This document shows positions 62,353 through 64,000 of a DNA stretch of 64,000 nucleotides, piece after piece. Each line of letters begins with the position of its first letter. The stretch's first letter is position 1. The notes under the pieces were generated by a model. That model saw nothing but the letters and a program-made list of their open reading frames with translations. It ran no database searches and was not told the origin of the DNA. The DNA comes from Hemiscyllium ocellatum. Lineage: Eukaryota. Where the stretch lies: NCBI RefSeq assembly GCF_020745735.1, contig NC_083428.1, positions 3,348,001-3,412,000 of the forward strand, written 5' to 3'. Position numbers and translations under genes: made by a program.

Positions 62353-63210
62353 CCCCCTCCTCATTGTGAAACTGACTCCATCAGCAAATTTAGATATATT
62401 ACAGTTCGTCTCCTCGTTAGGTCATTGCTGATATATTACATCTTGCTGAGGCTGATTGATGATAATTCACTAGGTCCTAGCCAGCCAATCTGTTTTCTTT
62501 TTGTTGGTCAATCCCCCGTACATGCCCCAATCCAAATTTCATGCACAAACCTCCTTTTGAACATCAAAATGCATGACATCCACTCTTAAAACAATCCATT
62601 GCAGATTTCCCTTTCAGAAATATATATTGCCTCTGCCCGAACATATTACAATTTTCAAAGTGCCCTATTAGCACATCCCTATTAATAGATTCTAGCATTT
62701 TTCCCGAGTTCCTGCTGCAAGCACACGCTACATAAATGATTGTTCTGTACATTTCATTGGTGAAAATGTTTAAAGTCTTTTTTTTGACTTCATTTATTTT
62801 GGGCAGATTCTTGGTTATTTTGTGAGAGGTTCCAGAGTACAATGGCTCAATGTTGACAGAGAGGCAATTAAAAGCATCCCTTGTATTAAAAGTAAGCAGT
62901 CAGAGAGAGGAAGATTAACAGGAAATTCACTGCTGTCCCCTGACAACTTTAAACCAAAAGTCCTAGTATCAGTGAAAGCAATGGTCTTCACTAATCACCT
63001 TGTATAAAAAAAAACCTGAAGATGATGAGAATCCTATTTATCAAATACACACTTCCATCCCTGAATTTTTTTTAAAATAGATGCACAAAGTTATGACAAG
63101 AGGAGTCAAACTTTTAAACTTTTGTAAACAGTTGTTTCCAACCCAGTTTTCACTTTGCCTGCGATGAACACGTGTCGGTCCACGTGTTTAGCTTCTATCT
63201 CTTTGTCATG

Positions 63211-63918
63211 TTAATGTTTGGGGCTGCTGGACTCCTCAGATGGGTGTGAGCTGCTGGGATCCTCAGGGTTGGCTGCCTCAGGGAGCCCATTGAGGTCGGA
63301 CTTGCTGGCAGCTTTCTCACTGCCTTCAGAGGAGGACACAGCCGCCCCGGTTTTGGGCTGGCTCGTGGTAACGGTACTGGCCCCATTGCCTCCGGAGCCC
63401 ACGGGGTCAGACTTGCCAAAGTTGAAGAGCTTGCCAGGATTGAAGGGTTTGGTGGGAGATTGAACCTTCTCCCTCTCTGCGGCTCCTTCCTTCTTGCCGT
63501 CTGCTGGAGACTTCAGGAACTTGAAGCTCAGGAAGCCTGGCAGCTTGCTCTCACTGCCGGTGGGAGACTGGGGGGTCTTACCAGGGACGGTGTTGCCAGC
63601 TCCGCTGCCTGACAGGAACTTGCCCTGGAGCGGGATGATCTGCTTCAGCTTGAGCACATTGTTGGATGCCAGGAGGGAGCTGGGCCGTTTGGGTTTCTCT
63701 GCAGCCGGACAGGATGGAACTGCCTTGGATTTACTGTGAGCTCGACTGTGAGCCTGCTCCGAGGATGAGGAGCTGGTCTTGGTCTCTTCCTTGCCCCCCT
63801 CCCTGTCCTTCCGGGACTGCACGTTCTCCTTGTGTTCCTGTCGGTGCTTCTCTTCTTCCTCTCGCTGCCTCCTCTTCTGTTGTTGCTGGTAGTGTTGCTG
63901 TGCCTGCCTCTCGTGTTT
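63211..63918 (-). CDS. ANO8: ANO8 (anoctamin-8) last coding exon
   Basis: gagcAG acceptor; KHERQAQQHYQQQQ, KRPSSLLASNNVLKLKQIIPLQGKFLS and LPGFLSFKFLKSP match ANO8; tail-to-tail with DDA1 as in human. Confidence 0.93.
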   Translation of the reverse strand, partial: KHERQAQQHYQQQQKRRQREEEEKHRQEHKENVQSRKDREGGKEETKTSSSSSEQAHSRAHSKSKAVPSCPAAEKPKRPSSLLASNNVLKLKQIIPLQGKFLSGSGAGNTVPGKTPQSPTGSESKLPGFLSFKFLKSPADGKKEGAAEREKVQSPTKPFNPGKLFNFGKSDPVGSGGNGASTVTTSQPKTGAAVSSSEGSEKAASKSDLNGLPEAANPEDPSSSHPSEESSSPKH

Positions 63919-64000
63919 CTGCTCCGAATGGAAGGATATTATAGGATGATTATTAACAAGCTTCTCACCCACCCTGCCAGAACACTCCATGCAATCGAAA

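Noticed and set aside
63919-63990. N-terminal part of the 259-aa ORF as ANO8 coding sequence
   Set aside because: Intronic; ANO8 similarity starts at KHER right after the AG acceptor.

Overview
Eukaryotic (vertebrate) DNA, most likely a shark. The inference rests on the repeat content: HE1-type V-SINEs, HER1/CR1 LINE fragments, SacSINE/Deu-SINE remnants and Penelope-like pieces. Four spliced genes match the human 19p13.11 block. They are USHBP1/MCC2 (- strand, 5 internal exons at 595-10063, continuing off the left end), complete BABAM1/MERIT40 (+, 8 coding exons at 22563-37334, 455 aa), complete DDA1 (+, 5 exons at 40940-48241, 102 aa) and the last coding exon of ANO8 (-, 63211-63918). BABAM1 has a U12 intron and a Q-rich expansion. 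ANKLE1, ABHD8 and MRPL34, which lie between BABAM1 and DDA1 in human, are not seen. The first standout is a complete 1.65 kb ORF1-only L1 derivative (HAL1-like) at 17159-18806, with an intact ORF1, polyA tail, 17-bp TSD and TTTT/AA target site. The second is a set of short TSD-flanked, often palindromic Penelope-derived elements carrying minimal hammerhead ribozyme cores, in two families. There is a 100-N gap at 42458-42557. Gene identities come from recalled protein sequences and manual splicing, not from database searches.
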